A stretch of DNA of 55,882 nt, filler included, from Sphacelaria rigidula (Eukaryota): the NCBI GenBank assembly GCA_964200075.2. It is 4 parts of 4 records of this genome, joined end to end, with 100 filler letters (N's around TTAATTAATTAA, not from the genome) between each part and the next. Parts side by side here need not be neighbours in the genome. Positions count along the whole stretch, not along the records: positions 41,988 to 55,882 come from CAXNAA020002603.1; 3 more parts are not named here. The stretch is one strand, 5' to 3'. The notes below the pieces were generated by a model that made no database searches, was not told the DNA's origin, and saw nothing but the letters and a program-made list of their open reading frames with translations. Below, in pieces: positions 45,892 through 55,882 of the stretch. The position numbers and the translations under genes are program-made. Positions within the stretch are counted from its first letter, which is position 1. Every line of letters begins with the position of its first letter.

Positions 45892-47327
45892 CAGGAATAT
45901 GCACGGATCAAGAATGAATCCGTGGAGCGGATTATTACGGTGCAGCTTGTCAATCCGCACCACTCGGTGGCACTTATAGGGGGCGGATGTGCGCTCCGTG
46001 ACAACCCGTGATTTTTCCCACTGGCGGATATCCACTCCGCTCCGTACCATATTTGAAAAATCCGCTCCGCATCCTGACATTTTCGGTTGCGGATGTCCGC
46101 TCCGCAATAATACGTGACGATAAAAAACAAAACGCTCCGCTCCGCATAGATTACAGCTGTGCGGTTGGAACCATGAAACGCGGTTTTTATGGTGCGGTTT
46201 TATCCACTTCGTAGGTAATCCGTGCGTTCTCCGTGGCATAACTTACGGATCAAACTGCTGAAAAGCCACGGATTTCCATGGACGAATTTGTTTCGAATGC
46301 CGGATAACTTATTTCTCGAAGTGTAAAAATATCGTTCTGGATAAGCAATTCGCCGATGCGGTTCTTCAAGTCTGCACTCCGTACTTTATCCGTGCGTTCT
46401 CCGTAGCATATCTCAGATCAAACCGCTGAAAAGCCACGAAATTCCGCTGACGAAATTGTACGTCCTGAATGCCGGATAACTCAGGATTCGAAGTTTAGCA
46501 AGTATCGTTCAATAAGCAATTCGCCGATGCGGTTCTGAAATTGTCCTCCGTACTGCATCCGTGCGTTCCCCGTAGCATCACTCAGGTCAAACCGCTGAAA
46601 AGCCACGAAATCCCACGGGAAAAAATGTTCCGAATGCCGGGTAAGTTGGAATGTTGAGAATACAAAATTTGTTCTGGATAAGCAGTTCGCTGATACGGTT
46701 CTGAAATTCTGCTGTTAACATGCAATACGCGCTTTGCACGGGACACACACACACACACACACACACGAGCGTGCGCCTCAAGCTGGAAAGCGTAATTCGA
46801 ACTTGGCGGGGGTGCGCGGACCTCGGATGGTTGATACCATGGATTCCAATGCCGAACGCAATGCCGAGCAATCATCTACTTCAGAGGCCATGTAATATTC
46901 AATATTCTCAATTGATTTTTTTTTTTCTCCGGGGATTCGACCTTGCATGTGCGCTATTAAATCCGCCGTCCCCCCTGTCCAGCAGCTGGAAGTCCCAGCA
47001 AAAAAACTCCTTTCGTACTTTTTGGTATTTATCCGCGGATGTCCATACAATTTTCGTGATTAACCGTATCGTTTTCACGGATTACCGCCACGGTGCACCG
47101 TGAGGAATTGCCGCGGTTTGTGCGGTTTGTTCCACGGAGGGGGTCAAACCGCTCCGTGAAGAACTCCGTGCCACGGATATCCGCTCCGCAATAATCCGTG
47201 ACACTTTTATTGGCGGATACCCGCTCCGTCATAATCCGTAATTTTTCACACAGTGGGATATCCGCTCCGTGGGGTTTCGGAAAAGAATCCGCATGGCGGA
47301 GCGGATTGTCCTCCGTACACATCCCTG
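45892..47327. mobile_element. Non-autonomous hAT DNA transposon (1436 bp)
   Basis: TIRs CAGGAATATGCACGGA / TCCGTACACATCCCTG (13/16; Ac-like CAGGGATG). Perfect 8-bp TSD GTAAAAAT at 45884-45891 and 47328-47335. Subterminal CGGAT..CCGCTCCG motifs at both ends. No transposase ORF. Confidence 0.92.
46218..46714. repeat. Tandem array, 3 x ~170 bp, inside the hAT element
   Basis: Units start ATCCGTGCGTTC.CCGT.GCAT at 46218, 46388 and 46557, and share TCAAAC.GCTGAAAAGCCACG and ATAAGCA.TTCGC.GAT.CGGTTCT. Confidence 0.9.
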
Positions 47328-47744
47328 GTAAAAATGTGCCTCCGACCTGGCGCCTCCAGCGGGGTCCTCCGGGGGCGTCTCCGACGGGGCCCCCTCTGCC
47401 GGGGGGGAGGGCTTTTTGGCCCGCGGCTTGGCCGCTCGATGACCAAAACTGGAAAAGCCCTCCAAGCCGCGGGCTGATGTCGAGGTGCTGTTTTTTAGAC
47501 AACATATGGTTGATTGTTCGCAGCTTCCAAGGACCACCATTTTGCCCAAGGCGTGTTTTTCGGAGCCGCGACCGCTTCGAACTGGCGGTAAACCGCTTAA
47601 ATACTGTATCGCGCCTCAATCCTTCCACGTGTGGTGAGGGGATTTCGGTGTGCTCGGCCTCACTACTTTGTTTCTGTAATGCGACTTTTTTTTCTTTTTT
47701 CTTTCTTCTGTTCCTTGTTGTCTTGAGCGAGTGTTTCCGTTTCG

Positions 47745-47835
47745 TGTTTGTTGGGTACGTCTATCATGATACCACGACTGGATCATGACTACCTGGGGGG
47801 TCAGTTCAAGTCGACAATCAAATCAATCAATCAAA
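47745..47835 (+). mobile_element. 3' end of the (CAAT)n-tailed retroelement, copy 2
   Basis: Matches 11222-11304. Confidence 0.65.
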
Positions 47836-48799
47836 AACAAAATCAATGTGGCTCAGCACCCCTGCCAAGTGTTGGACGGGTACGACCTCCGGACTGTAGC
47901 ATAACAATACTCCGGTGGGGTGCGTCACCTATATAAATGTGTGCCGCAGTGCCACACGGGACTAACTATATAGAAAATATGCGGGTGTTGCTGATTTTTT
48001 TTGTATGAAATTCAGAGGCCGCGGTGCTGGTTTTTGCCACAAAGTTCACCATACTTGACCCGTTGCGTCCCCTCATTCGATAAAACTAATCCGACCGCAC
48101 AGGAGCGACATTTGTGGTCCGAGCATGACGTGTGTCGGTGGGTTCTTCTGTGGCCTTCCGCCGTAACAATGGCTGTTGTCGGTATTTGTTTTTCCCCATC
48201 TTTTTTGCCTTGTCAGCGCTTGAAATAAGGAGGCGTCTGGACCGGGGACGGGAGGGGAGGGTTCCCGAAGGGTTAATGGTTACGCGTCAGACAAACCATT
48301 TCTGAGCTCTACGGAGCACTGTTTTTCCGTATCGCATGATATACCGGGGGCGCCGAGCAGATCCGTCGAGGCCCCTCATTGTCCGTGTACTTGGACATGC
48401 ATCCTCCACAACTTGAGCAGCAAGCCCAGAAACGTCGTGCACACCAGGCTAGAAGTCACCCTCAACACGTGCACTACTCGTATGTGGTGTGGCCACTTCC
48501 TTATAAGTGGAGGTGTGCGTATCAGCCCATATCCATTTGTTTGCTCATCTGTGCAGTGCGAGGGCGACACAGAGGTTCAAACACCAAGAACATTTAGTAG
48601 AAGCGGATAAACACAATTACTTCCAATTTCGACGATGGACACGGCAAAGACCGAATTCGCGGGAGCCCTACACTGGTAGTGTGGGCAACTAATGGTGTGA
48701 CCAGCACAGTCAGGCAGTACACTGAAGCCGACTACTTTTTCTAAACGAAGCAATAGTTTGTTCATTTCTTTGGGGTGTCCGGTTTGGTCCTCTCATCAG

Positions 48800-51700
48800 G
48801 TGGAGATGATAGCGGATGGCTTTGCTTTCACGGAAGGAACGCAGTGGGTGCACGATGAAGAGGTGGGGCGCTTGATGCCGATTGTTTTGGTAGATTAGAG
48901 TAGAGACTGTATTATTTACATGCGCAAGCCTTCCTGTTGAACGTTGAATGCCTGAGTCATGACCACCATACGTGAATCTCGCACTGTTGTTTTTTCGGTC
49001 CTGTCCCCACTCAGATATATCGCATTGCACTGTCTGATTGCCCCTACGTCGTTGTTCGACCTGCCGCGTGGTGTGGTACGGTGCTCTGTTCGTGGAATGC
49101 CTTTCGGCTGATGCACGCACGTCAGTACCCGTGCGATATGTGCAAACATGGGGCGATGGGACAGTGGTTCGGCGGTTGTATATGAATCTAATATTGTTGT
49201 AAAACTTATATAAGGCCAACTTTATTGGGAGCCGTTCAGAGTTCCTGTTGAGACCTGCCTTTTGGGCCCTTCTCCGGTGATCTACGCCCGAAAAAAGGGC
49301 TAGGCGGATGTTGATGCCCTGAAATGACTTGCTCAAGTCGTTGAGACCGTTCCAGGGCAACTTTGCATTTCCCGCTGGCCGCAGTTTTGTTTTTGGCCAG
49401 ACACGCATTTTCAATAAAATAACGGTCAGGTGATCGAAACACTGTCATTTTCCCCCCTGTTTTTCATCACTTGACCGGTTTTTATTGAGCATGCGTGTTT
49501 GGCCAAAAATAAAACTGCGGCCAGCGGGAAATGCAGAGTTGCCCTGGAACGGTCTCAACGAGTAGAGCAAGTCATTCCAAGGCGTCGACATCCGCCTAGC
49601 CCTCTCTTCAGGCGTAAAACGACGAAGAAGGGCCCACAAGGCAGTTTTCAACGGGAATTTTGAACGGCTCCCATTTGAGTCGGTCTACGCAACAACGGCA
49701 GGTCCGGCTCTTGCTCCTACCCCCCCAGTGTCCGTTCTCAAGTCGAAATATTTCCAGTTAGGAACAGGTTTGCTGGACTTTTGTTCGTTTTTACTCTGAC
49801 CTGTCAATATTTTGATGAAGCGCGAGTTGTAGTGCTGTTCATGACATGTATTTTTCTTCCGTTTTTTTTTTATTATTGGTTCAGGCGGATAGAGTCTACC
49901 TCCTGTTTTCGGACATTCCCAACAACAGGATATGGAAGTGGGAGGTGAGTGGCGGATGTAGGCGCGGCGAACGAATCTTCCTAGGACCGATGCTCACTGA
50001 CAACACTTGAACCATCCCTTCGCGTTTTCTAGCTGCCTGCTAATCATAGCTCAACCCTGCCTTTGGTGAGCCAGAAAGTACAGCATCAGATCTCTCGAGT
50101 AGCATGGAGAAATATGTCACTCCACCATGCAGTGAGCATCACATGCACCTCAGATGGACGTACAGAGCACGGGGAAATGATTAGAGTACCGCATTACCGA
50201 CTCCACTTTGAAGATAAACAACCGGATACCTCTTGTATGTTGCGGGGTAGACACGAGAGCAGCACACGTCACCCAGAAGAAATTCTGCCTGATGCTCAAC
50301 AAGTTGATGAAGTCACAGCCACCTCACCCCGCCCCATGCGAGGTTACCCTCCTCGGGCATGCACACATACCTGAAGGCGCCCCTCGGCGTTTCACACCCT
50401 TGTTCCCCTAACCGCCGATTTTGTCATGATCCAACGTGGCGACTTCTTTCGGCCCACAATAACCATCGTGAGCGACTGTAGGAAGGGGGAGGGATTTTTA
50501 CGCTCGGGAAATCACTGTTCTTGGATCGCAGCGGATGCCGGGGAGGTGCGTACTGCGACAGCTCGCTCGAGCCAGGATCCAACGGCCTGATGTTGGTGAG
50601 AACAAACGGGTGCTTCGCAGGGCGGTAGATTTCAGTGGTGAACTAAAGCGGGACAGGTTGGATGATCATGAGTGGCGAAAACGACCCTGCTTCCTCAGCT
50701 TGAATCGCTCGAGAGATTCATCGTCAGCATCAATCTCTCGGATTCCCCAGTATTTTGTTAGTGCTGTTGTTTTGGTTTTTCGTCGTGGGCCTCCGTTTTG
50801 GTGGGCAAGAATCCCGCAGTACAATATTCCGTGAACAAACACCGGGGGGGGGGGGGGGGGGGGAAAAAAGGGCTTTACGACCCCTCGGCCAGCGGGGGGG
50901 CACCCTGTAAAAATTTTGGCGACNNNNNNNNNNTGGGTTATTAATGTTACTGTTTCGGGTAAACCTGATGTGACAAACCATGGCGGGGGGGGGGGTGTTT
51001 GTGGAATAACTGGCTTTACGACCGCTCGTACAGCTGGGGCGCACACTGTAAAAATCTTGGCGACTCCTGTGGTTGCAAAGATACACCAACACTAGTGTTG
51101 GTTCAGTACAGAGCGGCGGGCTATGTGCGCATGAGCACCGAAGCCTCAACTGAAATCGTGGCCGGGCATGGAAAGCCGTGGGATACTAAGGCCGACTGCA
51201 CAAATGCGACAACGTGGCACTTCCCACCTAATGTTATCTCCCGATATTTTCCATCTGATTTCTTCGTTTGCGTTTGCTCATGCGATGCCATGTGGTGTTG
51301 AGATGCCGGGATCTGGCGAGGTGGTGATTTGCGAGCACGGCAACCGCAGGATAACACGGATGGAGAAAAATGGAACTAGAACGCCACTGGCGACGCACTT
51401 TAATGTAAGTCGACGCTGCAGTGGACGACTGCACTCTGATACTATCGCCCGCTGTAGATTTTATGCGTAAAAAGCACGCACTTCAGTGCTGTAAATCCAC
51501 ACGATGGCAAATGGAAGCAAAATCGATTGTGTGTGGTCTACTTTTGTTCCAGCTGACCTTGTTCGCGCGACCCTTGAACACCAAGGGTAAACGAGCTTTG
51601 GGCATCTCCATGTTATCTGATGACAGCGCCCTCTGGCGCTCGATTAATGTAGCGCCTATCGCCTTCCGTTGATATGTACATTATTCCATGTGGATTTCTC

Positions 51701-54408
51701 CGAAAATACGCGCGGTGTCACCCATGCCGAAGCTGACGTAGTCAAGGAGCTGCTCTCGAGAAATGCCCGTTCTACTCCGATGAGGGTATTCACAGCCTAC
51801 AGCGCACTACATTTGGTCATGGAGTCACCAGAGTATGTACCCTTCGTGCGATTATCGAGCCCAACCGGAGGCATGTCAACCACGATTGTGCAGTCTAGGT
51901 GAATTATTGTGTATGCCAAGTCAATCGCGCTGAAGCTCGGCTGTGTTTTCAAAATATATTTCATAAGGGTACGAAGAAGGTGGGTTCGATACGCGCCGAA
52001 TGCTTATAGCTTTTTTTTCTTGGAAGTACAGGTATCTCATTTGCGCCGTTGAAAGCGTGAGGACGTACGTGAGGACGTACGTGAGGGCATGCGTGAGCAG
52101 CAACAAGTGTTCGATTCAGTTTGTTTGACCAGAGTTGACGCGACGCACGAGTGGTGATGGTCATGATCCAATCCTCGATAACAAAAAGCAAGGCGTGTAC
52201 CGGGAGAGAGATGAGTTCATCCCTTGGGACCATTAGACCATTAGACCCCGGGCTCGTCCCGAGGAAGCGGAGGGGTTGAAAGTGGAACGAAAAAAATCGC
52301 GGTCCAAAGGTATCCCCGCTTAATAATTCGTGTTCGAACCCCGAACGTGTCAGGAAATACGGTGCGTGTGTGTCTACTAAGCACTGTTTTGTGTACGTGT
52401 ATGCGATAATCTCGGCGGATGGACTGAACAGGGACGCCAGCTCAACAGTCCGAACGACCTGGCGTTTTCCAAGCAGGGGGATCTGTACTTCACAGATCCG
52501 CCTTATGGCATGCCCCAAAAGGAAAAGAACCCGGAATATGGCGGGAAGAGTGGCGTGTATCGCGTGAAAAAGGAGGCTCTGGATGCCGCGCGCGCAGATG
52601 CGGAGGCGGCGCCAGAGCCAGAGCTGGTGGAAGATGGTCCGTTTTCTTCCTATAAGATTTCGTGGGAGGCGGTTTGTGTTCTTGTGCTAAAGTGTTCGGG
52701 GGGTTGGTGCACTATATAGTAAGAGTTGTGGAAAAGTGATGTGTTGCTTCAGCAGAAGATTCAGTTGAAGGTGGTACACATCGCAATGAAGTTGTGAATA
52801 GCGGGTGCATTCGGTAGCAAGAACTGTGGAGAAGTACCATTTTCATGTCGTCAAAAGAGTTGTTGGGAAATCGATGCGTTTTGTGAAAAACGGAAGTGGT
52901 CGCGTTCTGTCTGTAAATATATATATATATGTGTGTATATGACATGACGAGATTGTGTTGACGCAGTTGTTGTCCAGCGAGTATGAATCGTGTGGGTGCT
53001 TCTACAGCATTGCTTTAATGCTGTTTATGTCGATCATGATGATTCTGCTATACCGCCGCAAGTTCTCGTGATATGGCCACCTTGCGAGTCATCATCAAAC
53101 ACTTCACCTCGTTGTTTGTTGGTTGGCGGTTTTTAGATTATTGACAACAGCAAATTAATTCGTGCCTCCACAGTAATCAGTGCTTCAAATAACGCATTGC
53201 TCTCCGCCCGGTCCTTCATCGGTCAGGGTTCACGTGGCCGAATGGACTGGCGTTCTCCGTAGATTTCTCGAAATTCTATCTGGCGGACGCTTCTCCGGAG
53301 AACCCCGCTTGGTACGTCTACGACGTTCCAGAAGACGGGGGGTTGTTCAACCGGAGGCTTTTCCTGGATGCGATTCCGATGAAGAAGGTAAACGGACGTA
53401 CGCAAGTTATTGACGCGATATGATGGGCTGGCTCTTGATGAGAATGCTGGGACACGAGAAGAGGGGAGAAAGGGGGTCGGGGGGGGGGGCGTACTCATTT
53501 GTTGTTTGCCTTAGTCGTTCGACGGGGTCGGGCGGGGGGGGGGGAGCAGCCAAAGCTCAAACAGCAGCGTTGTAAAGGCAAAACATGTGTGCCACACCCG
53601 GAAAACCCATGACCTATGGGTTGGGGTCGATGGATACTCAGCACAGGATGCACTTTACTGTATGTGGGTAACATGTACTCAACCCGAGTGGTGGTGATGG
53701 GAGGTTAGTGTTTCGGGACGTTTCACGTACTCGTGTTATTCACTTCAGTCCCCGCGTACGCTGGAAGCGATTCAGCAGAATTTTGTGGGTGTTACGATTG
53801 GCGTAGAAATTGTTGTTCCAAAGGAGGTCATGACTGAACTTCAGTTTTAACCTTTTTCAATTGCATTCTCACTGGCGTCTGTGGGATGCTGCACGGCCGG
53901 AATGTACCAGCCGGGAGCACCGGCCTCATTGGCTGACTGGTATCCAAATGCAACTACTCATGACGTGAACATTTGTGCGGAGGTCCGGGTGCTATCCCTG
54001 GAATTTTCTCAGCTTGAATGGGGGTACTAGCCTGTGAGAGTGACGCCGTTCAAGCGGGCCACCGACTGTTTTGTGTTGCTCAATTATATGCTTGTTTTCC
54101 CCTTGCTTTCGTTTTTTTAATCGCACTTGGTTTCTTTCTTCATTCCCTGTCGCTGTAATCAGGACGGTCGAGTCGGAGCACCTGACGGGTTGAAGGTAGA
54201 CGAGCGAGGGAACATTTTTGCAGCCGCTCCAGGAGGTGTCGCCATCGTTTCTCCCGAAGGGAAGCATCTCGGAACAATATTAACCGGTGGTGTTTTTACT
54301 GCAAACGTCGTGATCGCAGGCGACGGATATTTGTACATGGCGGCATCTGAATCCATCATGCGTGTCAAGATTCTTACGAAGGCAGCACCGTCACCCACAC
54401 TGACATGA
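48800..54408 (+). CDS. SMP-30/gluconolactonase/LRE family lactonase (six-bladed beta-propeller), 5'-incomplete, 316 aa recovered
   Basis: join(48800..48862,49885..49944,50482..50595,51303..51404,52432..52636,53227..53387,54163..54408); all junctions are in frame. Motifs: ADGFAFTEG, LLFSDIPNNRIWKW, EPGSNGL, CEHGNRRITR, LNSPNDL..GDLYFTDPPYG, PNGLAFS and PDGLKVDERGNIF, so the E/N/N/D metal ligands are present. Upstream exon(s) were not identified. Confidence 0.93.
49213..49686. mobile_element. Foldback MITE family A, second full copy (lactonase intron)
   Basis: Palindromic ~230-bp arms, AGGCCAACTTTATTGGGAGCCGTTCA ... TGAACGGCTCCCATTTGAGTCGGTCT. Homologous to 228-689. Confidence 0.88.
53490..53523 (-). 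mobile_element. 34-bp poly(C)-tailed LINE 3' end flanked by a duplicated G-tract target
   Basis: GGGGTCG-G(n) | CGTACTCATTTGTTGTTTGCCTTAGTCGTTCGAC | GGGGTCGGGCG(n). Confidence 0.85.
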
Positions 54409-54787
54409 CCGTTGAACCTGGGACTTGTGCGCTCGGCACAACGACTGCGGTGCGACAGACCTCCAGACGGGATGTGCACTTCGTTTATCCGAGGTTCCGT
54501 TCAGTCTTTCGCAGAAACACCCGCAACTGTGAGATTTTGGCTGCCATGGACGCTCTGATCTGGGTTGGGGGCAGCATATTTCTACAAGGAAAATGTTTTC
54601 GATGCGTGAGCTCGTAGTGATGCTGAACACGATGTACAGCTGTGTTAAAATACTGTGAACGATTTGAACGGACTGGACACTTCTCGTATCTTTTCAAAAA
54701 AATGCGTTTCCCCGCACCATTGGATTTTCCGCCCATTTTGCGGTATTTTCCTGTCTCATGCGGTTTTCTTCCTTAGATTTTGATGGC

Positions 54788-54870
54788 AGCGGGGTGTACT
54801 CATGATCTTGCATGCCGCAGTCATGAGACCATTGACCTCGCATCCCTACAAAGCCGGGATGGAGAACGCT
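54788..54870 (-). mobile_element. Poly(C)-LINE subfamily B 3' end
   Basis: Reverse complement reads GGGATGCGAGGTCAATGGTCTCATGACTGCGGCATGCAAGATCATGAGTACACCCC. Matches 14091-14150, 14158-14210 and 35750-35775. Confidence 0.75.
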
Positions 54871-55882
54871 GTGTTTTTGCCGGATCAGGCTCGTAATCAC
54901 CAAGCGCCGTAATGTGTTGGGTGAGTCACATGAAGGTTGACCTGCATCCTCCTAGGATTGTTCGGCCCGAGGCGTACTGATTATCTTGCAGTGGATGACA
55001 GCCTACAATGAGTTGCTTCATTTTCTAATACCATCACTTCCAGAGACAGCCACGGGTTGACATTGCCTCATGGGTGTCTCACCATTCAAGCACCACGTAT
55101 TGATGGTACGGCCATCCTCTTCGCGCCAAGTTGAGGTTTTCCCACCCCGCAAAATTTGATCTAGCCCGACCACCACCATGTTTACCGCAAGAGAAACGCA
55201 AACGAAAATGAAATCGGTAACCTGGTTGCCGAGCTCACGCAGTGAGTGACGTTTTACAGCGTCTTCGCCAACCGGCCCCAACCCTCGAAAGGGCGGGAGG
55301 AAGATTAGACGATATTTTCCTAAGGTCGTGCATGTCTCCATGTTCACTGTCGGGAATGGTCACCCCCGGAAATAAGTACTCCTGCTTGATACGTCCAGTT
55401 GGGCGCACGCACAGCCCCCCCACACTGCACACGCCACCAATGTATCGTACCGTAGCTTGGGGTGTTTATGACTTTCGGCACTGCAACCGCTGTCGTCACA
55501 TATTGATGTGGAGTGTGGAATCTCGAATCTTCCAAATGGTCCGAAACCCGTTCACAACAGCGAGACGAACAGTCGTGTTTCCACTTTCCTCGACTGGAAA
55601 CGCACGAAGTATTGGATGCAGAACAAAAGCACGCACAGCCGTGTCACTCGAGTCCACGTTTGAGGATCTCGTGACTGCGCCATCGCTCGCGAGGGTGGTA
55701 GTCTCACGATCAAGCTTGGGATGATATAGCACGGATCGAAACAAATTGTAATGGCACCAGTGGAGTATGGTCCAACTGAAAAATAGAAGCAGCCACTGTG
55801 TATTACTACAGTAAACAGCCGATTTTCGAAAATGGGATTGAAAATTAAAATGTCGTTCAACTCAAAAGCCGTGCTTTCCCTG

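Noticed and set aside
46218-46714. CRISPR-like array
   Set aside because: The whole 170-bp unit is repeated with divergence. There is no short constant repeat with unique spacers and no cas genes, and the context is eukaryotic.
48710-49414. 234-aa minus-strand ORF and similar ORFs at 403-744 and 49445-49651
   Set aside because: They run through MITE family A and intron sequence antisense to the lactonase gene; the shared peptides only reflect the repeat.
55018-55744. Coding-like ORF cluster at the window end (similar patches at 1290-2230, 2892-3290, 18576-19161, 21540-21790, 29411-29828)
   Set aside because: They are interrupted by stops and have no recognisable domain or consistent splice model; they may be TE or gene relics but cannot be supported from sequence alone.

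Overview
Eukaryotic, intron-rich, repeat-dense genomic DNA from a draft assembly. It contains three 100-bp N/TTAATTAATTAA linkers and three 10-N gaps. Short exons in long GT-AG introns, a flagellar-type gene and the retroelement content suggest a brown alga or related stramenopile; this is an inference. Four spliced host genes can be assembled by hand: (1) a 3'-incomplete TPR-like gene (+, 8080-13717); (2) a Ser/Arg-rich protein with a coiled coil and one TM helix (-, 31523-28416, 3' end unresolved); (3) head-to-head with it, a complete 5-exon, 225-aa MORN-repeat RSPH1/RSP10-like gene (+, 31828-36600); (4) a 5'-incomplete SMP-30/gluconolactonase gene (+, 48800-54408). The rest is mostly mobile DNA: a decayed Ty1/copia, a 5'-truncated RTE LINE, a tRNA-derived SINE, a non-autonomous hAT element with a perfect 8-bp TSD, several foldback MITEs and small hairpins. 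The most notable signal is a high-copy non-LTR retroelement (about 10 3'-end copies here) that ends in poly(C) and appears to insert into poly(C) tracts. One copy landed in the last exon of the MORN gene, flanked by a ~160-bp duplication that rebuilt the splice acceptor and exon downstream. Most of the supplied ORF track is spurious. No rRNA, bona fide tRNA or CRISPR array was found.
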